This document shows, piece by piece, positions 42,177 through 55,211 of a stretch of 64,000 bases of DNA. The first letter of the stretch is position 1. Each line of letters opens with the position of its first letter. The notes below the pieces were generated by a model. It was given only the letters and a program-made list of their open reading frames with translations, had not been told where the DNA came from and did no database searches. Origin of the DNA: Bispira polyomma (Eukaryota); contig OZ287756.1 in the NCBI GenBank assembly GCA_965649765.1, positions 37,510,001 through 37,574,000 on the forward strand, read 5' to 3'. The position numbers were made by a program, and so were the translations under genes.

Positions 42177-42770
42177 GGCTGTTCTACTGGTAGTGTTTCA
42201 GATACTTATCTGTAAACTCCGCCCACCTGCGCAGTAACAGAGATACTTAACTATTTTGCTACCAGTCGCACAGAAAAGATAAGTATCTACAACCGAAGGC
42301 CAACGGAAATTGACGAAGAACAGACTCGAAGTATACCACATGCATGATGGGCGATATAGCAATATTATACATACAAAACAATATTTTTAAGAATGCTAAC
42401 CTATTTGATTAATTATGCATCCATATATTATACTTATTCAAGCAAATATGTGTACATTTAATAGAATATTTACTTCTATTTTCATCATTATATAAAACGC
42501 AACACATGGTGGTTACCTAGTCAAAAATCGAAGACAACTAAATATCCTTATATGGAAGTTAATACTTCAGAGCGTTCTCTACTGAAACCTATCAAAACCT
42601 TATATTTGCAAGGCAGTCACGTGATTTATTTAGAAAGTTAACCACAAGATATATGTGTATAACTTTGGTACTTATCTTTTGGGGGATATTGTCCAGATGA
42701 ACAGTGAGAGATACTTATCTTTCTTTCAGATTAAATAAGATAAGTATCTTTGCTACCAGTCGAAGGTGCC
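42177..42770. mobile_element. Harbinger-like MITE, ~594 bp
   Basis: Termini ttaggc..actggtag..agatacttatct / agataagtatct..ctaccagt..gcctaa. Confidence 0.7.
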
Positions 42771-43165
42771 TAATGCTGCACTTGCTGGAAGAAAGGCACT
42801 GACAAATAGAAGTGTGATATCAAGATAAAATATATCTTTAATAGCTTAGTACTGATTTGAGGGCTTATGTCAATTAATATGCATGTATACTAGGAGATAA
42901 ATACATGTTACTTTGGCACCAACAACTAATTAAAATTTCTTTATATCTATAACAATTTTGGGCTGCATGTTTTATTTTTCTTCACACCATTGCGTTATTC
43001 TACTGTTTGCACAATTACAGCAATAAATGAAATTAAATTACTTTAACATTTGCGATAAAATAGATTACATATATGTCATGTGGGGAATTCAAGGATTATT
43101 AACCTACCAAGTTACATATATATATATTTTTTAGCAGCATAATGTTTGTCTATCTCTTAGATTAG

Positions 43166-43670
43166 GCTAAGGATGTGGGGGTGCACAGAGAGGGAATTAA
43201 GGGGACTAAGGATGTGGGGGTGTACAGGGAGGGAATTAAGGGGGTTAAGGATGTGTGGGTGTACAGTGAGGGAATCAAGGGGGTTAAGGATGTGTGGGTG
43301 TTCAGGGAGGGAATTAATGGGGCTAAGGATGTGGGGGTGTACAGGGAGGGAATTAATGGGGTTAAGGATGTGTGGGTGTACAGCGAGGGAATTAAGGGGG
43401 CTTAGGATGTGGGGGTGTACAGCGAGGGGATTAAGGGGGTTAAGGATGTGTGGGTGTACAGGGAGGGAATTAATGGGACTAAGGATGTGTGGGTGTACAG
43501 AGAGGGAATTAAGGGGACTAAGGATGTGTGGCTGTGTAGGGAGGAAATTAAGGGGGCTAAGGATGTGTGGGTGTGCAGGGAGGAAATTAATGGGGCTGAG
43601 GATAAGTGGGTGTACAGGGAGGGAATAAAGGGAGTTAAGGATGTGGGGGTGTTCAGGGAGGAAATTAAGA
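43166..43670. repeat. G-rich minisatellite, 39 bp x ~13
   Basis: Unit taaggatgtgggggtgtacagggagggaattaagggg(g/a)(c/t). Confidence 0.95.
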
Positions 43671-43950
43671 GAGTTTGAAAAGATTGGTTTTAAATTTTCT
43701 CTTGAACACAAAATTTTTTTCTGGTAATCGAAGCTCAACTGGAAGACTATTCTATAAAATAGGGGCAGCAATTGAGAAAGCTTTAGATCCAGCCCTCTTG
43801 ATAGGTTTAACAGAGGAGACAGATGAGCAGCAAGATGGGAAGGCTGTTGTGAAAGAACAGCTTTAAATATGATTACATGGATATTAAAAAAAATTTGATG
43901 ATAAATGTAAAGCCAATATAATTGATTGAGGTATGGAGACACATTAGTAC
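43660..43950 (-). mobile_element. L2 LINE 3' fragment
   Basis: SPYLNQLYWLYIYHQIFFNIH..FKAVLSQQPSHL parallels the LHWxPIHYQILFKIH region of the L2 at 38900. Confidence 0.7.
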
Positions 43951-46255
43951 AGATGCTAAGACAAAAAATGATTTTGATGATGGTAATAATTTTTGAATTT
44001 GTTTTGTTGTTGTAAACTAAACTAATGTACACATTCTTGTACGAAATACATAAAAAAATAAATATGCATCGGCAGTGCAATGGGAATAATTATCCCAAGT
44101 ACTCACTGTTTTCCTTGCTACTCTGATATAGTCGGAAATAGACAGAAGGAATTTTCTGGCTTTTTTAGCCTTGGGTGCCCCTACCCGAAACTTCTGCCTT
44201 GCTGTAGAAGGTTTGGAAAGGAAGCTAAAGTTAAGAGAAGTTATAAATAGGGTTCCCCGCGCTACAAGGCGATTTTCATAGTGTTTTAGCTTCTACATAT
44301 GACAATAAACACATTAATGTGTAATTGGTTGAAATTTGTCAAAATATCAGGCTTTCAGAGTAACTAGAAATTGTGCCTGGGGTTGGGGGTGGGGGTGGGT
44401 GGAGTGTACACATTATAATGTGAGAATGTCGTCCCTTGCCCTCCTAGTGTCAGAAACCAAAGCATGTATTTAATCTGGTGCAATACTTTATCTTTAAATG
44501 AGCAGAAAGTACTTTCACATTGGTATATATGATCTTGTTTTTCTGATCAGATCCAAAATCAAACTGAAGCAAGCTATACTCATGTTAAACCCATGTATAA
44601 CCTTGGTGAAGACAGAAGCCATAGTTTTCCTTTAAATAAGTGGAAACTGTTTTCATTTGGTGACAACAATGGCCATCTTTTTTTGGGGGGAACAGGTCCA
44701 AAATTAATTCCAAGCAAGCTGTAGCCATGATAAACCCATGTAATCAATTTTTTGTGAAGATATATATTTTTTTTTTCATTTTTTTGGGTGAAGATATCTG
44801 CTCTTCCTTTTCTTTAAATGGTTAAAAACCAAACTAAGTACGGTATGTCCCCACAGCGGCATAATAAAATCAACTACATGTTTGTATTTATAATAGCCCC
44901 CCCCCCCCCCCTCGATAAAACATTAACCATGTTAACTATTTTGGCTATCCATATGTGTATAAGAATGTTACTTTGTGGTTTTACCAGATTTACTTGTACA
45001 TTTAAAGACAAGCTGCAGCAGATAACCTAAGCACATTTATAAAATGTTAGCAATGGAAACACATAGTTTGCTCATGTTTATACTAATACAGCAACATGCA
45101 CATCATTTTCATTCAACATGTGCCCACTTCGGTAGTGGCAAAACTGTTTGATTGATTAAAAACAAATATAAAATTAAAGTTTATGTCTTACTCTAGTTTT
45201 TGCGCTCATTATCTATTGATTACAAGGTTTTACAGATATATCATGTAGGAGTGGAGCTTGAATTCGAGAAATACTGGTGTATGTTGTCTGTTTTTTCTTA
45301 TCTAAAATGTCACGCAAAGTTTGATTGATTATTTCATTTAACATCATTTAAGACTGGTGCATTGAAATTCAACATGATGAACTTTGATCATCTCCTTTAT
45401 CTTCATAACAATGGCTTTACAGTGCAGAGAACACAGCCAGGCGTTATGCTGAAGTGTGATTGTTCAGAACAGGATATTGATATAAAACACTGAAAATTAA
45501 CAGACTGGTAGAAATATAAATAGACTTAACTGTAAATCACTGGAATGGTGAAAATTACCAGAAATATATCAGAAAGATCAAAACTAAGAAACAAAAACAG
45601 AAAATACCACTAAAATAACAGAAACTACAGTGCAAAGCTCCTTTCAAAGGTAGCTCAGAATATAGTAAGCATATATCCTTCAGATCCCGTCTTGTATGTT
45701 TTCAATAAATTATTAATTTGCACCTTACTGTGAACCTAATGATCCTCAATCAAAATAATCAAATCCCAGTCTTACAGTTAGATATAATCAAAAATGTATT
45801 GTTAATTGAACATGAAAGCATGACTGAACAAAGCCAAAGATTTATGGATGCCACTGAATTAACCCTGATGAGTTTAGAGTCCAGTGTTAACTCTATGCTC
45901 ATTTATTGCACTTTCCATGAAATAGAACCCCAAGGGATACTAAATGGAAGATACGCCCACTCCATTTATGTAAATGAGATGCCTATTAAAAATAAAGGTA
46001 AATTCCTTCAGGTGAATACTGGGAATGTCTCACATAAACAGGATCAGGCCTGGAGGTAAAACAGTGCCAGTCAAGTGTGCACAAATCCAGTCCTTTTTTT
46101 CTCTGCTTCCAGGTAATGTCTACGCAGGCTAACTGTTAACAGAAGAATACAACTCAGAGGCTAAAGCTGCCCAGTTTGTACACAAACCCGGTGTAAGCCC
46201 TGGTTTCCATGTAGCCGATAGCTGGCAGCCAACACCCATGATATCAATTGTTATA

Positions 46256-46440
46256 CAGTAGAACCTCTATCATCGAAAAATTTGGGAGAGCAAACTGTTG
46301 TTTCGATAATGGAAGGTTCATAAACTAGAAGAGCCATTTCTGTGTAAAACAATATGAATACACAATTTTGGGAGAGTGAAAATCAGTTTATAAAATTAAA
46401 TATTTGGATATTAGAAGTTCAGATAATAGAGGTTCTACTA
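46256..46440. mobile_element. pogo/Tigger-like MITE, 185 bp
   Basis: TIR cagtagaacctcta / tagaggttctacta; TA flanks. Confidence 0.75.
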
Positions 46441-49074
46441 TATTTTATCTTCATCTGTTTAAGTTTTACTTACTCTGTCTTTACATACATGTGGAGTAAA
46501 GAATCTAAATTTTGCCACCCAGAAAATGTTCTGTTATTGGTAAAATTGTGGGTAATATTTGCTGAAATTGCGATTTTGCAATAAATGTATAAACGTGTAA
46601 GTAAATTTTAAAAGAGGGAGGAATATGCTTAATCAGAATCATGTGATACGTTTCTCCTATCCACCCAGTCACTTATCACTCAGTTATCAGAACAATTTAT
46701 TGTTAACACTTTGGAGAATTGTCCCCTGTATGCATGTGACAGAGAAAGATTGACAATGGCATGATAGATCATCTTCATTGTACTAATATACAACAAAAAA
46801 CAATATGAGGTTTCAACAAAGATGTTACCAAAGATTTGTCTTTATTACTGTTTGTGAAATCTACTAAAATCTTGTCTCTGGAGAACTACAGTCCATGATG
46901 GCCAAGAATCCCCTCCCAGGGACCAGGAACATATCCATAACCGCAATTATTGTAAATAATGGACCTAGTTTTATTCCATGCCAGTGGTCGAGAAACCAGG
47001 AATTACAGGACCTAATCGCCTAGCAAAGGGTGGTCCGGCCCACAGAGCTCCTATTCCACCCTGGCACCTCTGTGACAGTGTTGCACAGGGGAGATGTGGA
47101 GACAGGACCTACCCTCCAAGTTAGAGGTCCAGCAACCAAAGGAATGGGTTAAGATAGGCAAGTACCAACAAGGCAGGTAAACAGTGAAAGACCCAACAAT
47201 ATCATGAAAGCAACAGATCTTATGTGAGACACATTATAAGTAAAATATATATTAACTTTATAACTTTATTTTAAAACCAATTGGGCAAAACACAACTGCA
47301 CATAACATTTTTAGTGTGGTTAGTAAAATTAGTTAAACGTAGAGTACCAATTAACATTTTAGAAATGCCCCAAGCCCAATTAGACTTCATCATGTTGGTT
47401 GTAATTTTACTTACAGGAACCAACTGCATTTTTTTTGTATATTTTACAAAATGGTAGTTGAAATCTAAAAAAACAAAAAAACTTACAGTTGTATACATTA
47501 CTAGAAAATACATTACACCATACACATTCTGTAAACTATTGCGTGATTTGAGGTGAGTATTATGATGGCAACGTCAAAGGTTCAAATAAGGTCACACCAT
47601 GAAGCACATCTAAAGCACATTAGGGATCTGTGTAATTGTAGCAGATATTATACATGTAGTTAAAATTGGTTGAATGCGATGAAGGTATATTTAAGTTTTG
47701 TTTGATTATTATTACTATTATTAAATGGCATTAAAGTCACTTTTATGTTTGGATAGGCATTTCACCATGTTTTATTTTATCAATATGAAATTATATAAAT
47801 CGATATATAACAGATTAAAAGTGTTAAAATTATCCAAATTGTATTTAAAACATAGCAAAAAATTTGATCATGTAAAAAATAAGGACCAAAAAACTTGATA
47901 ATATTAATAATATATTATCAGGCTTATGATGAAGTATTGTACTTAGAAACATTTTCTTGTAAACTACATTGTGTATCTTACTAAGGCCATTGTAAGAATA
48001 CAATGATCTGTTGCCCTAGTAACAAACAGAAGGAGGCCCATAATCTTACAACACCACAAGCAGTATAAGCATCATTACTGGGCAAAGTTTGAAGAAGATA
48101 GTGCTAAAACTGTAGTAGATCTCCACAGACCAATACATGGACAGATAGCTTATATACAGCAAGGAACAGTCACCCCTCTGCCTAAATGTGCATTTAAAAA
48201 ATAACCTCGGTTTTTGTTAAACAGCATGTTACTTAAACAATGCATTGTTTAGAACTTAAACAGAGATACTTTCAAACAAACATTCACTTGGGAGATGTTG
48301 AGTTCCCATATTGTGAAATTATTTCAAGTGTGCAGATCAACTGAACTAAATCTTTTATGTTAAAAGCTAAAGGTTCATGAATTTAAGAATGACAGCGATA
48401 TTTAAATATTTCCTCCACCTAATCATTTAGAGAACCACACAAAACTTGGTATTTATGTTTGACAGTGGTCATTCTGTCTATAAAAATTATAGCTAGATTT
48501 CTATAAACTGAAAAGACTGCAAACTGAGGCCCAGTATTTCCTTGGCCTCTTTATAAATATTACACCAGTATTGCAAGTGTTGATCTGGACTGTTTTCATT
48601 TCAACTTTTTACTTCTTTGCTGTTGTGTTTACATTAAAATAAATATTTTGATACAAAATAGTATCATACTGTGAGTAACTCAGTATGTGAAACAGTTGTG
48701 CATTTTCAACTTATATGCTAATCTTATTTGTGCCCCCCTCCCCCTTCCCCATCTTTATACTGGTTATAAACTTTTTGCATAGTCTTCAAGATACAAGTAG
48801 TTACTACTTGTATAACTGAAGTAAACTTTTACGATTGTGAAATCGTATGTAGTTGTGACATAAACGACACCAGGATGATCAAATCAATATTTCTAAACAC
48901 CCAGACCACGTTGTTTTCCATCCTAATGTCAGGCATCAGACATCGGATGTCACAAATCACAATCATTACACATGAGAGCAAGACGAGATCATATATAAAG
49001 AGATCCACATTTGCTCTCGCAAATCGGCCGAAATAATGACATGTGATATATCATATATAACCAGTCCAGAAATG

Positions 49075-49241
49075 CAGTTGAACCTGCATTATCCATACTT
49101 CTGTTATCTTAATATTTGATTTTATGCACTAGTTTTCACTTTCCCAAATTTATGTTTATCTATTGTTTATACAGAATGCCTCTTTTATTCGATGAACCTT
49201 CTATTATCCAAACAAAATCTTGCCCTCAAGAGGTTCTACTG
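49075..49241. mobile_element. pogo/Tigger-like MITE, decayed
   Basis: cagttgaacct / agaggttctactg+ta; same terminus type as 46256. Confidence 0.6.
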
Positions 49242-50274
49242 TATATAATATGGTTAAGAAATACAAAAAATTGTATTTTATTTTAATATCTGCTTTCAGC
49301 ATTATAAAATTGTCAAACTCCTTGATAAAACCCCATTGATATGACTGTGTAGAGTTGTAAAAGGAGCCTAGTAATTTACAATGGTACAGACAGCAGAGTC
49401 TAACCACAGGTACAAATAATGGGGCACCAACTTGTTTCACTACAGCTTTTTCTATATCTGAGGGAAGTGTTGACAGGAGCCTCTAATATTAAGTGACTGG
49501 CACTTCTTCTTAGTGTTTATTTCTCCCCAGCATATAAAACTTAATAAAATCACAGAAAATGCTAGCCGTGATTGCCACCCTCTAGTATTAATAAACAAAT
49601 GATATTATGACTTCATACATGTGCTTATCTCTCACCTAGGGGGTTTGGTAGATCAAGAATGAACATCTAAACACCTTGATATTCACCTGGATTGAAGTGA
49701 GTTCAAACTAGACAATTACCAAAGACAGCAATGCCTATGCCACCCAAGTTTGAATGTGTGTGTGATTAGAATTGAGCAGAGTGGGTCTGTGTGTAGAACC
49801 AGCGGCTTTACAACAGCTGAACTGCACAGGTGACACTTGTCTGCTGCTAAAAGAACTATACTGCTAGTGGAAGGAAGCAGCTTTAGGAGTCGGAGAAACA
49901 TCTTCACCATCTATTGTTCTTTCCATCCAAAAAGCATTTGCTCTCCGACATCACCTATTGTTTGGAAGAGTACTGAAAACAGGGAAAAGTCAACATCCAG
50001 GCTCTACAATTGACCCATCCCACCCAGAATGAAGACAGGTTTTTTGTGCACCCGGGATTTACAGGATGGTTTGTTGGAGAAAAGCAAAAACTGGTTCCTT
50101 TTTTTACCTTTTTGTTTTAAAGGATCTTAAGCCCAGAGGCAGACTTTCATGTGTAAAAATATCTCAGGGCAGTTTCAGCTCCAACAACCTGACTCATTTT
50201 TCTCTTTTCAGTTACTGCAGCAGCTGATCAAAGATCAGTGAGATGGCCCCCTAGTGAGTGAGGAGTGTACTATG

Positions 50275-50428
50275 TGTGTGGAAAACCCAGGCTGAGAGAG
50301 GTCAGATCAGAGACCCTTTACAAATCACTGCCTCCCTACCTACACAAACTGGTGTGTAGAAAACCCAGACTGAGAGAGGTCAGATCAGAGTCCCCTTACA
50401 AATCACTGCCCCCTACCTACACAAACTG
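50275..50428. repeat. Direct duplication, ~79 bp x2
   Basis: gaaaacccag.ctgagagaggtcagatcagag...ctacacaaactgg occurs twice. Confidence 0.9.
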
Positions 50429-50779
50429 GGGCAACATGGCCATCTGCACAAAAGTTAATGAGCTTTATACCATGTCAGAATTCAGATAACCTCTTTCAAA
50501 AACTTTGGGCCTGCAATTATTACTGGAAGTATGTTGGAAGTACATGTACATTATAATATGTGACCTTTTAAGCGCACTGGGCTGTACAGGTTGATAGATC
50601 TGGTAGAGATGGTACACCTGGATACTCTCACCTCTTCATTGATAAAATGTTGTTATAAAATCAAAATTATGGTATTTAAAAAAATGCACACGCAATCAGA
50701 AATAACTTAAGCAGGAAATTTGTAAATTGTCGCTCCAGCTTGTGGCAGAAGTCGCAAACTAGAATCATTTGACACTGAC

Positions 50780-50873
50780 CATATTGTCCAACCGCTGGAA
50801 GGTGGGCAGCCATTGTCTGAGGATTTCTGATAGACTTCACTTCTCTCTTTTTACATTTTATAACATTACCCAT
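50780..50873 (-). CDS. Candidate alternative first coding exon MGNVIKCKKREVKSIRNPQTMAAHLPAVGQY (phase 1)
   Basis: acaATGG start context; 94 nt to G|gtcagt, compatible in phase with the 31260 acceptor. No homology support. Confidence 0.2.
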
Positions 50874-51817
50874 TGTTGTAGTCCTGGGTTATTTCTACAT
50901 TAAAATAGTTAAAAATATATCAGTAGATATTTCAGATTTTTATAAAATTTTGTTCAAAATCATTTATGCAATCACTGAATAAATGATTATATTATATATA
51001 AATAATTTTTTTTAAACATCCCATGAAAATTGCAGTTAGTTCACTGCAGACCTCCATTAATGGGTGACTTAACTTAAGAATAAAAGATTCCTGAATTTAT
51101 TTCCAGATTCAGAAATGTGCTATTATTTTGCTTTAAATGACATTTTTTTCTGCGATAGAGCCTAATATCTGATTTGGCACCCATAAGTCAAGAGCAAGCA
51201 CGCTATTATATTATTAAACCTCAATATTACAACAATTACCATCAAACACTTTCTGGAATTGTTATGCTCTAAATGAACAAAAATTATTTTACAACAAAAC
51301 AATTGTGGCTACAATCTTGATTTTACAACAAAACAATTATGGCTAAAATGTTGTTTTCACAATGTGAGCACTAGTATCATATTAGAAAATAAAGGTAACC
51401 ATCTTCTTCCTCAAAATTAGTCAAATTAAATGTAAGGCAAGTAAACATTTCTAATTGGAGATTATATATACTTAACCAAATAATAAATGCAAGTTTAATG
51501 AAGAATAAAATTACCAAAAACCTTGTGTTTTTTGGTTTTTTTGTTTTTTTTTGGGGGGGGGTTATGTATACTTCTTACAACATTGTTCTAAAAATTACCT
51601 AGAACAATAAAATTATATTGATATATCTCTGTGTTGAATGACGAGATACAGTTTGTCATGGTGACTAATACCGCCATCTTGTTCTGGCAAATCTCTATGA
51701 GAAATTTCAGTAAAAAGGCTATAGCATCTATCATATTGTCCATAGTGATTTAATATAAACAGGAAACATGCCATTTTCAAAAAATAACCAAACTAAAGAT
51801 GGCTGCTTTTTATGGTG

Positions 51818-52775
51818 CACGAACAAAATGCCGGTGGACAAAATGCTTGACCATTTTTGAGGTGGGTGGACAAAATGCCGGTATTGTCAAAAGATCAACA
51901 CATTTTAATCACAAAAATTTTCTTTATTCACATATACTAAGTATTAACTATGATTTTTATCAAAGTTTTTCATGAGTTTGTAATAAGTTAAGACTATAGA
52001 GTGTTTTATTCCCTCAAATTATTGCTACCTATTCCGATTGTAATTGATGAATAATTCTAGGACCAAAAAGTGAATCTTAAATGCTTACACCCCAACAACT
52101 TAACAACAATCAGAGATTATCCCACAATAATTATAATTACTAAATAGTGATTGCTGAACAACCTAATCAAAAAAGTTATTTTCTACATAGATTTAGACTA
52201 ATTAAGTGGGGATAATTGATTCGTTTAGTTTTCGAAGAAGTACTTTTTGTACAAAAATGATTACAGTATATCAATGTTGTAAATTAGCATTTATAAAGCG
52301 CTTTTTACCAAAGCGCTATACAGTTACACCCCCAGCCTGGGTTCTTTCACTTGCTACATGCGGCGCACAAAGACTGACACCTAATAGCGGCCAGGTACCC
52401 ATTTATACACCAGGATAGAGAGGGACAACTTTGTGTAAAGCACCTTGTCTAGGCTGCAGGAGAGGATAAAACCCTGGCTCTTAAGATACCTTAGATCCAA
52501 AGTCTGACACACACACTAACCCTTAGGACACAGAGACATATCAGTTGTCTTTAAAGGAACTTATTCTTTCTATAATGTGATGACATTGTTTATGGTGAAG
52601 TTGCTTCCAAATATTAATTGTACATGTAATGTCTTTAAAATTGTTTTGATGATTCAACAATACCGGCATTTTGTCCACTCCACCCCAAAAATGGCCCAGC
52701 ATTTTGTCCACCTTTGCAAATTTCTCCAGCATTTTGTCCGCCAGCGTTTTGTCCACCAGCATTTTGTCCTGGATT
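51818..52775. mobile_element. Non-autonomous DNA element with long inverted ends built from GGACAAAATGC units
   Basis: Left: ggacaaaatgc repeats and ccggtattg. Right: caataccgg and gcattttgtcc repeats. Confidence 0.75.
52270..52538 (-). mobile_element. Deu/Nin-domain-like SINE nested in the 51818 element
   Basis: Minus strand caaggtgcttta...ggtgtataaatgggtacctgg resembles the Deu/Nin core; L2-like tail aagcgctttataaatg. Confidence 0.65.
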
Positions 52776-53021
52776 TGGTTTTAATTTTTATATATGAAAT
52801 TAGAATTCGTATTGAAACAAAATGAAAACACATTTCTTGCACAAACAACATTCCAAATTTGTAAATTTCTATTAGCTTTCAATGAACTAATTCCAGATGA
52901 TGATAACATTGTCTTGAGTAATCGACAGACAAATCAAATGTTCCTATGAATCTATGATGATGTTTTGCTAAAAAATAAACTTAGTTTAAGAAATTATATT
53001 CATTTTAATTGTAACATCTAA

Positions 53022-53365
53022 TGGCCCATTCCCATTGCAACGAATCCGGATATACGGATTCGTTTGTTGGTATGATTAACATTAGCGTTCACACTGCAAC
53101 AAATCAGGATAATGATCTAGAAATTCGGTAGCGATAAAATGTTGCATGAATCTTTTTTCTAATTTCTGCACGAATTGTTAAGGGAGACTAATAAAAGCAA
53201 GTAGAAATAAAACAACACCAGAAAAAGTGACACATGTGCGCATGATTCGGACGAATATTTCGGCTGTATATGTACTGTCAGTGATGCCAAGTGTATAAAA
53301 TTCGGTTTCATGTATACTTCCGAAATCCTTAATAAATCCGCATTCGGTGCAATATAAATGAACCA
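53022..53365. mobile_element. MITE family A, copy 2, 344 bp
   Basis: Colinear with 8492-8837; TAA target duplication. Confidence 0.85.
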
Positions 53366-53447
53366 TAACAAGTAGTTTTCTGAACATATCTGAAATATGG
53401 CAACATATAGTTATATTCAAGTGCAATTCTGAAATATCAGTGTCTTA

Positions 53448-54054
53448 TGTCCTGGTCACACCTACACGTACTAGAGCTACGTTTGTGTCATGTGCTAATT
53501 TTGGAAACGTTTTGAAACGTAGTAGAAAGTGGGGATCCCTTCTATGATAGTCTCGTTACGTTGTGCGACGGATGATATCGTTCAGGAAACGTCGCCGTTT
53601 CGTCTTCTGCGTGTAGTGTTTCAAACTGTTTGAAACTCTACAGTCACAGCTCCCGTTTCTCTGTTCGTCCCCGAACGTTTCCGAAAGTAGCATAGACGTA
53701 TCAGTAAGTAGCTATATGTAGTAGTAGGTAGCGAAAAAGTCCTAGTAGGTAGTGAGATCGTCTCTGTTAGTCGAGAAAGTTTCACTAAGTAGCAGAAGGC
53801 AGCAGAACGCAGCCGTAAGTAGCAGTACATTAGTTCTACGTAGTAGTACGTAGTGATATCCTACCAGTAAAGGGTCCGTTTTTCCCCCTCTTCGTGTGTA
53901 CAAGTACCAACATCGTCACGGAACATCATGAAACGTCACAATCGACTGCACCTTTATGGAAATCACGTCACTTTGATACAAAACTGCCACGTTTTCAGTG
54001 TATATTGCTTAGGTACGTTGGGGGACGTTAGCACGTGTAGGTGTGACCAGGCCA
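53448..54054. mobile_element. PIF/Harbinger-type MITE, 607 bp, CpG-rich
   Basis: TIR tgtcctggtcacacctacacgt / acgtgtaggtgtgaccaggcca; TTA duplication. Confidence 0.9.
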
Positions 54055-55211
54055 TTACCACCAATTTTGAAGTATTTAAATATAGTATTTTAATACATTA
54101 CAATTATGTACATACAATGCTGGGCAAAAACTGCACTTATGAATAAGAAAGAACACTGAATGAGCTAATAAATCATTCCTTGTCCATATTGTAAGAAGTC
54201 ATTCTGTCAGACATTGAAGGCTTGACTGGAAAAGTAAATGGAGTGTTTTAATTGAGGCTGACAGGCAAATTAAAGACACCAAACTGAAGCTAGATTTACT
54301 GGACAATATCAGCTGTTGGTAATAGCCTATATCTGGGATACCAATAATTAACTCTCACACAGCTTTTACTTGCTATAATTACATCTTAGTTGAAGTGGTG
54401 GATTGTTTGTACTTGATGACACCAATAATGTATCTGGGTCAAAGAGCTCTATTGTTAATAATAAAACTGCTCAAAATGTATCAGTGAAGAGGCCAATTTA
54501 TTAGGAGATATTTCCAAAAAGCCGGAATTTTGTATGTAATAATTGTAAACTGTTGTGTTGTTATCCCTAACTGAGTGGAGTGTGTGGCCCTGTAAATAGC
54601 CCTATCATATAATGAGTGGAGTGTGTATGTGTCCCTCTGTTAATAGCCCTATCAGATCCAGACAGGTCATTGATCATGTGAGGCCAAGCCTGGCTGTGGC
54701 CAGTGAGCAGCTGACAAAGTCCAGTATCACTTAGTCAAGAGGTAAATGAGTTGTTGTGATAAGACATGCCACAGCTCATTAGTGTATGCTTTAGGTGTCA
54801 ACTATATACCACAAGACCTCCAGCCATTCAGATAAAACCACCACTCACATTGCACTGGTCATTCCAGACTAATTGCTGGATTCTCTATCCAAACAGAAAC
54901 AAATGTGTGCATACATAATCTCATTAATATAGTAACAGTGCACTATAGTAATAAATGTGATACTTAGAGAAAGAAGAACTTCATACATTCTATTTATTTT
55001 ATGTCCATCTATAAACTCAAACAATGTCAAACTATGTTGACTACTGATAAAGTTTTCTCTTTGTATTTAAATGAATTGATTGTCTGAATTATCATTTTTA
55101 ATAGTTACTTTTGGTAAATCGAACTGTGTAAATTATTAGAATATTGCTATTACTAATACTTGTATGCTCAGTAGGTTATATCTAGCAGTGAAGGCTTCTT
55201 GGCTTTCCTGC

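Noticed and set aside
43157-44080. 307-aa minus-strand ORF and overlapping plus-strand ORFs
   Set aside because: Chimera of an L2 remnant and a 39-bp minisatellite; not a gene.
33580-44880. Degenerate ~110-150-bp repeats shared by 33580-33860 and 44540-44880, and AGGTCA-rich tracts near 39500 and 59400
   Set aside because: Likely old Helentron-like non-autonomous elements, but termini and family could not be defined by eye.
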